A stretch of DNA of 64,000 nt from Camelus dromedarius (taxonomy: Eukaryota), in NCBI RefSeq assembly GCF_036321535.1, contig NC_087436.1, positions 33,854,001 to 33,918,000 on the forward strand. Direction: 5' to 3'. Below, in pieces: positions 26,210 through 38,640 of this stretch. The position numbers and the translations under genes are program-made. The notes under the pieces are model-generated. The model searched no databases, was not told where the DNA came from, and saw nothing but the letters and a program-made list of their open reading frames with translations. Every line of letters begins with the position of its first letter. The first letter of the stretch is position 1.

Positions 26210-27545
26210 TCCCCAATTTTTCCCCCAGCTGTATTGAGGTATGACTGACAAATAAAAAACTGTATGTATTTAAGGTGTAAAAAGTGATGTTTTGATATAT
26301 GTATACTGTGGGTAATGAGTACCACAGTCAAGCTAATTAACATGTCTGTTATCCCACATAGTTTCCATTTGTCTGTGTGTGTGTGTGTATGTGTGTGTGG
26401 TGAAGACACGATTTACTCTCTTAGCAAACGTCATGTATACAATACAGAATTAGTCATACAATTACCATGCTGTACATTAGATCTCTAGAATTTTTTTTCA
26501 TCTTACAACTGAAAGCTTACACCCTTTGACAAACATGTCCCCATTTCCCCCACCCACTAGCCGCTGGCGGCCACTATTTTACTCTCTGATTTCATGAGTT
26601 TGACTTTCTAAGATTCCACATGTAAGGGATATCATGCTCATTTGTCTTTCTGTGTCTGGCTTATTTCACTTAGCATATGTCCTCCATGTTCATGCATGAT
26701 TGCCAAATAAAAGATTTTCCTTCTTTTGTTCGAGGCTCAATAATATTCCATTATATGCAGTTGAGCTTTGAATAACACAGGGGTTAGGGGTGCTAACATT
26801 CCCCACAGCTGAAAATCTGCTTATAACTTTACATACAGTCAGCCCTCCATATCCGTGGCTCTGCATCTGAGGAATCAGCCAAGCAAGGATCCTGTAGTAC
26901 TGCAGTACATATTTAGTGAAAAAAATCCATGTGTATGTGGAAACACACAGTTCAAACCCATGTTGTTCAAGGGTCAGCTGTATATATATATATAAATATG
27001 TATATACACATATGTATATTTATAACTATATATAGCATAACATACACTTAAAATATTACATATATATTTATATATGGGTAATATATATGTGTGTATCCAT
27101 ATCAAGATCTATAATCTCACAATTTCTCTATCCATTCAACACTTAGGTTATGTCCATAACTTGGCTATCATGAACAATGCTTCAATGAATACAAGAGTGC
27201 AAGTATTTCTTCAAAATACTGATTTCATAACCTTTGGATATATACTCAGAAATGGGATTACTAGATCAGAGACTAGACCTATTTTTAATTTTGCAAGAAA
27301 TCTCCATGCTATTCTCCATAATTACTGTACTAATTTACCATCCCACCAACTGTGTACAAATGTTCCCTTTTCCCCACATTACAGTATTTTGATTATCGTA
27401 CTATTGCTGTGAATTTTAAAATCAGGAAGTATAAGTCTTCTAATTTTGCTTTATTTTTCAAGATTGTTTTGACTATTTGAGTTTCTTGAATTTCCACAGG
27501 AATTTTAGAATCAGGTTGGCAATTTCTGCAAACTCAGCTGAAGGA
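26210..27545 (-). mobile_element. L1MA9-like 3' end, interrupted by a MER8-like element
   Basis: tattgaggtatgactgacaaataaaaactgtatgtatttaaggtgta..caagctaattaacat; ORF2 antisense at 27130-27540. Confidence 0.85.
26758..26980. mobile_element. MER8-like (Tigger2-derived) MITE
   Basis: TIRs cagttgagctttgaataacac ... gttgttcaagggtcagctg followed by TA. Confidence 0.88.
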
Positions 27546-27559
27546 ATAATCTGGTACTG

Positions 27560-28195
27560 TACCTCAAAGTGTGTAGCTATGGGCATGTGTACATTTACCC
27601 TTGGATGATTAGCAGGACTGTTTTAAACTGTTTCTGCCTCTGATATCTCTGTTAAACTAACTGTCCCATTTGGTATTACACCCAGTTCCACTAATTACCA
27701 GTTGATTGTTTCACTATTTTTGACAATGCATTGGAACATAAATTGTTCTGTAGTCTTATCCAATAAAATCTGAGTTCCTTTGCAGAAGTACTTTTTGAGG
27801 TCAGTCTTTGAGATCTATTTTCACAACAGAAAGGCTCTACCTAGTCTCTTTCCCTGGTTCTTTTTGGTAAACTAGCCTGCCTACAGTTTACCTTACTTCT
27901 TTCATGATGCTGTCATCTTCCTCTTAACTGCTTACAGCCACATTCTCTATTATTTTCAAGAGCATGGTTAGGCTTGAATTTCCCCCACAGTGTTCCAAAT
28001 AAAGTTATTTCTTTTTCTGGGAAGTTTCAGAGTTCTGTGTTCTTATGGCCTGTCTTTTCCCCCTAGAAATAATCTCTGAGCCACTTCTCCTGATCTAGAA
28101 GGAAGAACAATAGCCCACTTGGTTAAGCTTGTTGTTCTAAATTAAGAGGAACTATTATTTCTGAGAGCATCCTTAGGCGTGAACTTCCCATGAAA
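27560..28195 (-). mobile_element. Old L1M 5'-region fragment
   Basis: ttttgacaatgcattggaacataaattgttc.. with a repeated gagcat..ttaggc.tgaa.tt subunit; family uncertain. Confidence 0.4.
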
Positions 28196-28204
28196 TCAGC
28201 TCAT

Positions 28205-28250
28205 GTCTGTCTGTCTGTCTGTCTGTCTGTCTGCCTGCCTATCTATCTAC
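28205..28250. repeat. (TCTG)n/(TATC)n tetranucleotide repeat
   Basis: Direct. Confidence 0.95.
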
Positions 28251-28479
28251 ACAGAACCAAATGATCATTTCTTAAGTCCTGTAAATGACAGTAGAAAGGA
28301 CACTATGTTAAGTACAGTGTATAAAAAAAGACTTTAGAAACTTTATACAAGCTAGAGCTTGATTTAATTGGGAGCATCAAGGAAGGCCACTAGAATGTCC
28401 CATATTGCTTGTATTGACGTTTCATTCATAGGCATATAATGTTAAGTTTTGGTCAGTTATATACACAGGTAAATTACCT

Positions 28480-28792
28480 AGGAAAGTTCAGGGATTTCTG
28501 TATATTAAAATGAGACACAAGGAAAATAACAACCCACTTCTATCTTTAGATATTGTGGGAGGAATATGATTCCCAGAATTTCTGCATCCATCATTAAATT
28601 CTGAGAGATGATAACCCAAGAGGAGGCATATTAGATATGAATGATAGAATAGACCAGAAAGTCTGGAGGTGGCTTCGATGGCACTAACCCTTCCTGAGTG
28701 TCCCTTGACTGATTACAGAACATAATAAATTGCCACTGAATAAGGCAATAGATTTGGATTTGTCCATTATTTGCAGCCAAACCATTCTAATA
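28480..28792 (+). mobile_element. Old MLT1 (J/K/L-like) LTR
   Basis: Ends ataataaattgccactgaataaggc..ttatttgcagccaaaccattctaa. Confidence 0.55.
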
Positions 28793-28849
28793 AAGGAGGA
28801 CAACATTTTCAGTTTATCTATGACTGATGGGAACATCATAACTATGAGG

Positions 28850-29700
28850 AATAAAACAAGATCATAAAATATGATGAGAAAAAAATTAGGGGAACTGTAG
28901 TTGAGGAGAGGCCAAAATAGTAGGCAGGGAACAGAGCAGGTGAGATCTCTTAGAACACGTTATAGAAGTCTGTCCTTATCAAAAGGACAGAAAAAAACCG
29001 ACTGGATGATTTTAGGCAACGAAGAATATTCAGATTTACATTTTGACAATATTGTTCCGGCAGAAATGCAGAGGATGTATTTGCAATGTAGAAACAGAAA
29101 GTGTGTGCAGCTTGAGCAACCAAAGGTAAAGAAATACAAGGGAGAGAATTTTAACTGGGATTTTGAAATATGCAGCAGAAGTAGACTGAAGCTATCTAAG
29201 CAGTAACTACAATAAAACTTCTGACGGATTCGATTAATAGAGTAGATTTTGAAGGGTGTCAAGAGTGATACCTATGTTCTGTTCTTGCAGTGGAATAAAT
29301 GGTGATACTAGTTATTAAGACAATAAACAGTAGAAGGAGTCCACACTGCATAATAAGGGACAGATTATTAGTTAAGTGAAGAATTCAGTGAAGAGGTGCA
29401 CGGGAGGGTCTGTATAAAGACAGGTTATCTATATCTAGGTGGAAATTAAAGCAATGCATGAGAATGAGATGGCTAAGGGCCCATGGTTGAGCCTTGAAGG
29501 AGGCCAACATATGGCTTCATAGAAAAAAAAGAGGCAAGAGAAGAAAGTAAGAAAGGTCAAAGCCCAAAGATTCTGTGTTAGCTAATCAAAAATATGCACT
29601 TTAAAAGGGAATAGAAAAGAATTCTAACCATGCTGGTTTATGTCATTGAGAGGTTAAATTAGAAAAATGAGAAAGCATTTCAAAGTGGATGGAGATTTGG
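28850..29700 (-). mobile_element. L2 fragment
   Basis: Purine-rich gattttaggca..cagatttacattttgaca..atgagaatgagatggctaaggg. Confidence 0.6.
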
Positions 29701-30799
29701 AAATAGAAAAATAAATCACTCAATTTGGCTGAATTCTTGAATTTCCAAATTCATCTTTAGAAAAATAGATGCTTATATTATAGTCTGAAATACCAAAAGT
29801 AAATGTGGGACAGAACCAACTAAATATATGTTACATTCACCAAAAATGTCTATAATATCTAAAGTTTATCCTGAATATTTTAGTATTACCATAAAAAAAA
29901 TTCCTATATCCACTCCCTAAAAATGATAAAAACACATGCTTCTCCAAATTAAGAGTACCTGGAAGATTATACAACTGTAATTCTGGCATTTGTGAGGGAA
30001 TTTATGTTGTTATTTACTACATGATCAAATGAAAATGTGAATCCATCATAGAAACTCATGTGTGGAACTGAGAATGCAGCACTTCTGAAAAGTTATAGCA
30101 CTTCCCTTCACAGTAGTGCTGCATGCAGTCTGGATCCTTGCAAGAAACTTAATTTGAAAATATGGTTTTAATAAACAACATAGTTTCCCTAGTTTTACAG
30201 TACAGCTAAAATCCACTCTAAATTCAGTGGGCTACAGTGATTTTGTAAACCACTTTAAAAATCTCAGGGAAATGGCCATTTTTGTTAGACAAGAATTTAA
30301 GATTAGGGTTTGCTAATGAAAAGTGAAGGACTCCAGGAAACGTTTGGAGCTGTTTGTCAGACTGATCAAACTTGTGGATGGTCAGTTGTGACTCTGCTAT
30401 TTTGCAGTTCAAGGAGAAAAATAATGGCTGTGCTGGTTTGCCAAAATGTATGCACAGCTCCAGTTATTCTCTAATCAATTACTGAGTGGGCAATAACTGT
30501 CTTTTTAAAATGTCTTTCTCATGATGTCATTTTCACATATTTGAACATCTACCCAAAACTTATCTTATGAAAATATTTCATTGCTAAATTTTTTAATGAG
30601 TAAAATCTTTACTGGATTTGTTACACATTTCTTTAAAAATGCCCATCACAAACACTCTCCCCCTATCTAAACATCACCAACAAAACTTTCTTCCTTTGAA
30701 TCACTTTGTTTCAAATAATACATTCCTTCAAAATATATTCCAAGACAAAGACAAATTATGCATTAATATGACATCAAAAGGGAGGGAAAAAATCCGTAT

Positions 30800-31055
30800 G
30801 AGAGGCAGTAAAAGAATGTGCTTGAGAACTTGGCTTTCTGAGTTAATATTTCATTTTGCATTTACAAGGTATGTGACCTTGGGCAGTTACTTAACCTCCC
30901 TTTTCTCCAGTTTTCTTATTTACAAAATATGGATAATAATTATGATTATAAGTATATCATATGACTATCATGGAGAATAGATACGTAGGTATTTGTAAGA
31001 AGATAAAATAATTTATTGCATGTAGTAAATATGCAATACATATTAGATATTAATA
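30800..31055 (+). mobile_element. MIR SINE
   Basis: tgtgaccttgggcagttacttaacctcccttttctccagttttcttatttacaaaatatggataataa core. Confidence 0.85.
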
Positions 31056-31499
31056 TATATTAAAGTGTGAATGGGATATATAGATATGTATTTTTTAGAT
31101 ATTTAAGTCTTTTAATTTCCTTATTTTGCCTTGCAAGATTTCAAACAGTGAGAGTTTAGATAATGTGTATGTGTGTTTGTGTATGTATATAACTCTGTGT
31201 GTGTCCATTAATAGATATATTGATAAATGTGAAATAGATTTTTTTCTGTTGTATCCAAATTGGCAAAGGGCTCAAAGTTGACAACAATGCATGTTAAGTG
31301 AAGGCAGGCTCTAAATTCAAGATTCTCAAAGGTGCCCAGCATATCTGCCCCCATGGTTTGCAGGGCTTTAGGCAAATATATTTTGTAAGGCTTCTCCATC
31401 TATAAACAATTTGATTAAAAATGTATAACAAACTATATGAGTCCATGTGAAATATACTGATTTATCAATGATTTAAAATAGTGGGTAGATAAGTGAATC

Positions 31500-32950
31500 C
31501 TTACAAATTTTGCTTATGTCCAGTGAGTGCATGGGGAGAATCTTCTAAGCATTCAGGCACCATTTCTTCCTATTCAGTCCAGGAATCATCTCTGTACTCT
31601 TCAATGTCAAATGCATTGTTAGTGGCTAACATCATATCCCCTATCACGAGGAGCAAGACTATCATTACTCCCAGTGCTATAGCTTTGGAAACCATTTGTA
31701 TCAACAGATCACAGATCTTCTCTCTTCTGCAGTTCCTTAACAATTTTATTTACTTATTAAAATGTTGTTTACCTCATCAGTCATAATACTGCATCCTCCT
31801 TCAAACAGCCAATGAGTATCAGCTTCCAATGACTCTCTTAATGGCTGTTATTGTACTTTGTTGATGATACCCACAGATGCATGTCTTATCCAAATGTGCA
31901 GGAATACATGAATTATAATTTTATTTCTGGTCATGTTAAATTCACCATTTGAAGTATTATTATAGGCCAAATACAGAATAATATTCATCTTCTAATTATG
32001 ACTTCTCTTGAACCCTTTAAGTTATTGCTACATCCTTAAAATGTGATTTCTTTCAATGTTAACAACAAACCTGCCTTCTATACAGTGCAATAGTGGGGAG
32101 GATAGTCAAGGGTCCTATGTGCAGAACTTCCATTTATACAAGGTACATCTACTTCTAGTTTTCAAAATTTAAGACTTATTAATTGACGCATCAGAGGATA
32201 CCAATCAAAGGTGACTACTGATGTTGAAGAGCAATAGTACTGAAAAAACTGAAGACCATCCTTGAAGGACTGTCTGAGCCAGTGGAATGACTGCCCTGGG
32301 TGCCAGTGCCTGGGGGCACACAAGATGAAGAACACCTGCTACCACCCCAACTACCCTTGGGTGCTGTAGAACCATGGTCAGAGCAATGGCAGGCTAAAGC
32401 CAAGGTTCAGGCTTCATATGGCTCAAAGTCAAAGGGTCATCAGTAGACCACCAGTAGTCTAATCTTGAAATCTCCCTGTGTCTGATGTGACTGGTACTCA
32501 CCCAAGTTCAGCATGAAGTACCGTTCTGGTAGCCCGATCTCATGCAAATCCCATGAGAGAAATACTATCTTAGTCAGTAGATGTGGCCCACTTATCATGT
32601 TGCCCTCCAGGGACCATCCATAGGAACCTATCAGCTTGAGTCGCAAGAGTTCCTGAGGCATCTGGTAGACCCCAGGCTTGAGATAAAGGGATGGAGGGTC
32701 CCCACCACCAAGGAGAGAAATAAAGACATGGGTCCGGGGCACCCTGCCTGGACAGTAATGCCAGTCCAAGCCAGTCCTAATCACCAAGAAGAACACAGAA
32801 AATTTTGAACTAGGTGCTTCCAGAGACCAGAATTTCCAGAAAACAAGAACCAGGCTTGAAGTGCCCTGCCCAGATGACACTGGAAGGCACCACAAAGTGC
32901 AGCTCCTCCTTATCCCCTACCCCCAATCAGTCCTGGGCAGGAGCTCTGCC
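31500..32950 (-). pseudogene. Tentative highly decayed retrocopy of a FAPP/PLEKHA3-like PH-domain gene
   Basis: Colinear minus-strand motifs across frameshifts: LYKW (32141-32130), YPPHYCTV.KAGLL, KGSREVI, NNT-QM-EFNM-PE, HWKLILIGCLK, ICDLLIQMVSK (31713-31690), ATNNAF-DIEE. They resemble recalled FAPP1 LYKW, WQPRWFVLDNGIL, KGSKGSI, DNTRMELIIPGE, RWLVALGSSK, YCDLLMQQVHT, ATCNTFITTLEE. The TG/CA-rich, more GC-rich block at 32250-32950 could be a decayed 5' end. Confidence 0.4.
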
Positions 32951-33354
32951 TATCTTTACCTACAAGGTAGAGACTTACTGAGAAAGAATTCATTGACAAA
33001 ATTTAAGAAGCAGAAAACACACAAAAAAGCAAACTTCTACTTCCCATCAAGCCAAGTGAGGGTAGCTCTAAGAAACCCCTTGAAAATGGGAGAAATATGC
33101 AACATGAGGAGCTGAAATCTCATGCTTCAGTGAGCTCTTCAGATGATTCTAATCCATGTTAAAGCCTAGAAACTCCTAAGGGAAAGACTGCCATCACTCT
33201 CAGTTTCAAATACTTCAGTTCCTTAAGGTCATATTTCAGAGGAAGAGATGTTTTTTAGACTACCTTTTCCTCATGTCAATAAACATTTGAATCATTTAAA
33301 TCCCCTTTCTCCGATTTCATGCTTTGCCAAGCAACTTTTTATTTCATTTGCTTT

Positions 33355-33770
33355 CTATATCAGTTAAAAGGCTACAGACTGCATTTAATGAAAATTTCCA
33401 ATTCAAACAGAATAAACAACCAAAAAAGGTATTATCAAATAAATGAATGAATAAATAAATGATAGAATGGGGTCGCTTTTAGAGCTGATTAATTCGGTGG
33501 CTCAATAACATCAAGGGCCAAAGTTTTCCCCATATTCCGTTTTTTATTCTTACCTTTGTTCTTATGTTTACAATGGTTGCATCATCCCAAGCATCACTTA
33601 TAACCACAGAAGCATCCTTGTACATATATTTTAAAGAAGCTTCACAGTTGACTTCTAGCTTTTATTGGTCAGAATTGTATCAGAGATCCAAGCCTAACAC
33701 ATTTACTGTCAAGGATATTTCAGTCACCACAGTTGGCTTAAAACAATTAGGAATCATTCTCTGGGCTGTG
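33355..33770 (-). mobile_element. Old MLT1-like LTR
   Basis: ctgattaattcggtggctcaataacatca..acaatggttgcatcatcccaagcatcac..ttattggtcagaattg. Confidence 0.5.
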
Positions 33771-34529
33771 TTGGAAGGAGGTAGCAGGTGTAAAGCAATT
33801 TGGTATAACCCAATTTCTCATAGTAAATCTCTTAGTACCCATCTCCAACTGGTTCTATGTCTCTGGTTGAAACCCTAACTAGTATGCTCTGTATCATGGA
33901 TATTCAGTAAAATAAATTATATTATTGTAAATTAAATTTTAAATATCTTCTCTGGTAACACCTACCTCATTCCATGATCCCATTCAAAATCTGCATAGAA
34001 AACCCATTTCACAACAGGGTATATCACGCTGTTATTAATTTGGATATACTATGAATTAAAAAATGATTGTAATAGTTAATACATAGCTATAAAATGAGCT
34101 TTTCATCAAAGGCAAATGGTCTTGGCAGGTTCCTCTCTGTCTACACATTGATTCCTTCATATGTGAGAAACACTGGATTTTGGTAGAGCTCAAAACAAAC
34201 ATGACAACTAAAGATGAATATCTCTTTGTTTCAATTTGAAAAGGAAAATTGGTTAGCTGATATTTGATTTAAATGATTTATCTTTCTGATACTGATATAA
34301 AATATTTTGCATTTAGCACATATTACATATTTATTACATATTTATTTTGCAGACTCACTGCTGGCAGTCAAAAGCTATTTTTTTAGAATAGTCACTGAGC
34401 ACTTTTTGTTCTGCTGAATATTAACAAAGAGCAACTATTTAAACCCACTACTTAATGTGGAAAATTATATGTATATATTAAATGACATTGGTAACTTTGT
34501 AAATATTTTATAAAGTAAATTAATTTGAT

Positions 34530-35860
34530 AACCCATTGCAGTATTCATGAATGCATTTTTCACAGAAGTAGAACAAATAATTCTAAATGTTTATGAAAAC
34601 ACAAAAGACCCGGAATAGCTAGAACAATCTTGAGAAAGAAGAACAAAACTGGAGGTGTCACACTCCCTGATTTCAAGCCAAACTACAAAGCTACAGTAAT
34701 CAAAACAGCATGGTACTGACACAAAAACAGACATATAGATCAACAGAACAGAATAAAGAGCCCCCAGATGAATCCACACTTATATGGTCAATTAATCTAC
34801 AACAAAGGAAGAAAGAATACACAATGAAAACACAGCTTCTTCAGTACATGTTGGGAAAACTGGACAGCTACATGCAAATCAAACTGGACCACTTTCTCAC
34901 AGCATATACAAAAATAAACTCAAAATGAATTAAAGACTTCAATGTAATACCTGAAACCATAAAATTCCTAGAAGAAAACCTAGGTACAATCTTCAACAAC
35001 CATCTTAGCAATACTTTTTTGGATCTGTCTCCTCAGGCAGAGAACACAAAAGTAAAAGTAAACAAAGGGGACTACATCAAACTAAAACCTTTTGCACAGC
35101 AAGGGAAACAAAAAAGGCAGCTTACCAAATGGGAGAAAATATTTGCAAAGAATATATATCTATAAGGGGTAATATGAAAAGTATACAAAGAACTCACAAA
35201 ACTCAAATTCAAAAAAAATATGCAACCTGCTCAAAAACTGGGCAGAGGACCTAACATATTTTCCAAAGATGACATGCAGCTGGCCAAGAGACACATCAAA
35301 GATGCTCATCATCACTAATCAACAGGGAAAGGTAAATGAAAACTACAATGAGATAACACTTCGAACCTGTCACAATGACTATCATCAAAAAGACAACAAA
35401 TAACAAATGTCAGTGAGGATGTGGCGAAAAAAGAAACTTTGTGCATTGTTGGTGGGAATATAAATCAACACGGCCACTAAGGAAAACATTATGAAGGTTT
35501 CTCAAAAAGTTAAAAATAAAACTACTATATGATATAGCAATTTCACTTCTGGGTATTTACCAGAAGAAAACAAAAACACTAATCTGAAAAGATATACACA
35601 CCCCAATGTTTACTGCAGCATTTACAATAGCCAAGATATGGAAGCAACCTCAGTGTCCATCAATAGATGAATAAAGAAAATTGTGTGTGTGTGCATATAT
35701 ATATATAAAATTACTCAGTCTTTTTTAAGAAGTGAAATCTTGCCATTTGCAACAACACTATCATGCTAAAGTAAATAAGTCAGATAAACAAGTTCAAATA
35801 TCCCATGATCTCACTGATATGTGATTTATAGTATGTACTATACCTGAAACTTATATAACA
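34530..35860 (+). mobile_element. L1 ORF2 3' half + partial 3'UTR
   Basis: tacaaagctacagtaatcaaaacagcatggtactg..aagatatggaagcaacct. Confidence 0.92.
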
Positions 35861-36927
35861 CCTATCTGGCATATAGATTAGGTGTTATCTGAAACCTACA
35901 TGGATTAATTAATTCTTTTATTTTAAAGATCTTACACTTAGATGCACCATAGTTTATCAAACACTTTTAATTAACTGGAATTAAAGCAATACCCAGCACC
36001 TACCTATGGTTTTGGAAAAAATTTTGCCGTTTGGTTGAACTAAGGTTGTTCAGACTACTTAATGGAACATACTCTAATTGGTTCTTGAGTAATTAAGCTC
36101 ATTTAGAGTCTTTATATTCTATTCTACTTTGGATTAAAATGATTTTTGTAGAAAAATTAAATTTCATATTGAAAGAAGTAGAGTGTGCACTGGGAGTTAC
36201 TTCTGAGTTCTGAAAGTCATTTAATTTTGTTGAGCCACTATTTCTCCACCAGAAATTTTGGTATAATAATTATCCTTTAATACTTTAAAGGGATTTGGAG
36301 AAGGAATAATAAATAAATTATTTTTAAGCCTTCAGTAAAAAACAAATGTGCTCTTGCTACCTATTATTTAGCTAATACCTTAGCTTTTAATAGCTTTTAC
36401 TCAGAATGTCATTGTTACTTTTTCCTATAAGAAAAATGCAAACTAGTTTAATATATTGATAGGTAATAAATGGTCAATGACTCCAAACATGATTGTTTAA
36501 ATGAATGAGTGAATGAATGAAAAGTGATCAAATGTATGGCATTGAAAATTTTCAAAAGCACATTTGTTTAACTTTGAATGATTTAATCTAAAAACACTTA
36601 AAAAGGATAATGATCAGGACCAGTTTGGGTAACATTAGTAAAAATATAAACAATAGAAATTAATCAGTCAGCTGGTTATTCTTGCTAAACTAACTTGTGT
36701 AGTTGATGTTATTGTCTAACTCCTATTGTACATAAGTGTTATGCAGGGGTGGGCCAAACAAGGTTACTATTGATGCTGAAGTCAGTATTAATGGGGTCCT
36801 GAAAGGGCTTTTTGTCTCTGCACTATCCAGGCATCATTTGAATCCTGGGAATATTATTTTTTTTTCCTTTTGGATTTAGAAAGCATTCCAGAATTGAAGT
36901 TATTGTAACCTAGTATAATAAAGTACT

Positions 36928-37578
36928 TTAAATATTCTAGTTTTTTCCCTTCCAGTTTTATTGATATACAGTTGACATACAACACTAACTTTAAGGCAGA
37001 TAGCATAATGATTTGACTTACATACATCATGAAATGATCACCATAATAAGTTTAGTAAAAATCCTTCATCTCATATAGATACAGAATATAAAATGAAAAG
37101 AGATAGAAAAATACATATTTTCTTTGTGGTGAGAACTCTTAGGATTTACTCTCTTAACAATTTTCATACATAACATACACAGTGTTAATTACATTCATCA
37201 TGTTGTACATTACGTCCCTAGCACTTACTTATCTTATAACTGAAAGTTTATACCTTTTGACTGCCTTCATCGAATTCCTCTTCCCTCTACTCCCCTCCAC
37301 CTCTGGTAACCACAAATCTGATCTCGTTTTCTATAAGTCTGTTTATTTGTTTTTGAAGTACTACTGACCTAAACACTATGTTAGTTCCTGGTGCACCAAA
37401 GAGTGATTCAGTATTTCTTAACAGTGTAAAACAATCACCACAATATATCTAGTTACCATCTGTCACCATACAAAGACATGGCATTATTACTGACTGTATT
37501 CCCCACCCCGAACATTTCATCCTCATGACTCATTTATTTTGCAACTGGAAATTTGTACCTCTTAAATATTCCAATTTT
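36928..37578 (-). mobile_element. Laurasiatherian-type L1 3'UTR with TSD
   Basis: ttccagttttattgatatacagttgacatac... TSD ttaaatattc at 36928-36937 and 37562-37571. Confidence 0.8.
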
Positions 37579-38334
37579 ATCAGGTTTATATAAGTGAGTT
37601 AAACTGGTACACTAGAGAGTGATGGAGAAGTGGATGAAGAGGGGAGATATAACCGCATCAATGAGGAAGCATTCAGGGTTTACAGAAACTGATCTAGGAC
37701 TTCTCACATCACTTTGTCTATTAGTTCTGAGGTCACATTTAAGCTCTTTCCTCTAGAACTGTCAGAATTTGAACCACTTCCCAAGGGGTTCAATGGTAGC
37801 TTTTTAAATTTCATATGTTTTGTTTTTTTCTTAGCACAGACAGAAGGGAGAATGGAATCTAATAATCATTTACCTAAAGCTGATTTGAACCAGATTTAGC
37901 TGTTCTTACTCTGCTCACCAAGTTATAAAACTTTGGGGCTTTGGCAACAGATCACTTTTTCTTTAATGAACAGTTATAATTATATTTCAGTGACCTTTTC
38001 TTAAACCTACTTATCTACTTACATGCAAAATTGCAAGAAATTAAGCTTGAGATTTTTCCAATCCATTTCTTGAAACTAGAATTATTCCCACTGTGACATG
38101 AAATCAGAGTATGGTTATGATCATCTTAAACATACCAAGTTGAACAATTTTTTTTTTTTTTACAATCCCACAATTCTGATTTCTTTCCACCCTTGACTTC
38201 TCAACATTAGTAAGGGGGGAAAAAGAAGAAAATGAACAGGCAACATAATTTTTCTCTTAAAAAATGGAAGTAAAGAGAAATGTATTCAAATAAATGCAAT
38301 AAATGCCTTCTATGTTAGATACTTTTAGAAGTTT

Positions 38335-38640
38335 TATTCATTCATTATTTCATTCACTCATTCAAATATTTATAGGGTGCTTAATATGAACCTGGAAATA
38401 TTGTAGGCACTGGGGATATTACATAAACAAGAGAAAACCCTGCCATTGTAAAATGTATATAATAGTGAATTGAGATAGAAAATAACTTGTAAGCAAAAAA
38501 ATGTGTCACATAAGGATAATTAACACAGGCAAAATGAAACAAGATAATGCATGAAAGTGCATGTTGTGTGGTGAGGTGTGAAGAGGGCATTTTGAATTAG
38601 AACTGTCAGCAGAAGCCAAGCTGAGGTTATGACGTCTAAA
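38335..38640 (-). mobile_element. L2 3' end
   Basis: cattcactcattcaaatatttatagggtgcttaatatg..gtaggcactggggata. Confidence 0.75.

Noticed and set aside
31690..31860. POGK/pogo transposase C-terminus similarity (QPLRESLEADTHWLFEG)
   Set aside because: Only one or two weak patches and no TIRs; the FAPP-like reading explains more colinear motifs
32440..32895. Longest ORF (151 aa) as a real CDS
   Set aside because: Non-ATG start, no recognisable domain, and it lies in the probably decayed 5' part of the putative retrocopy
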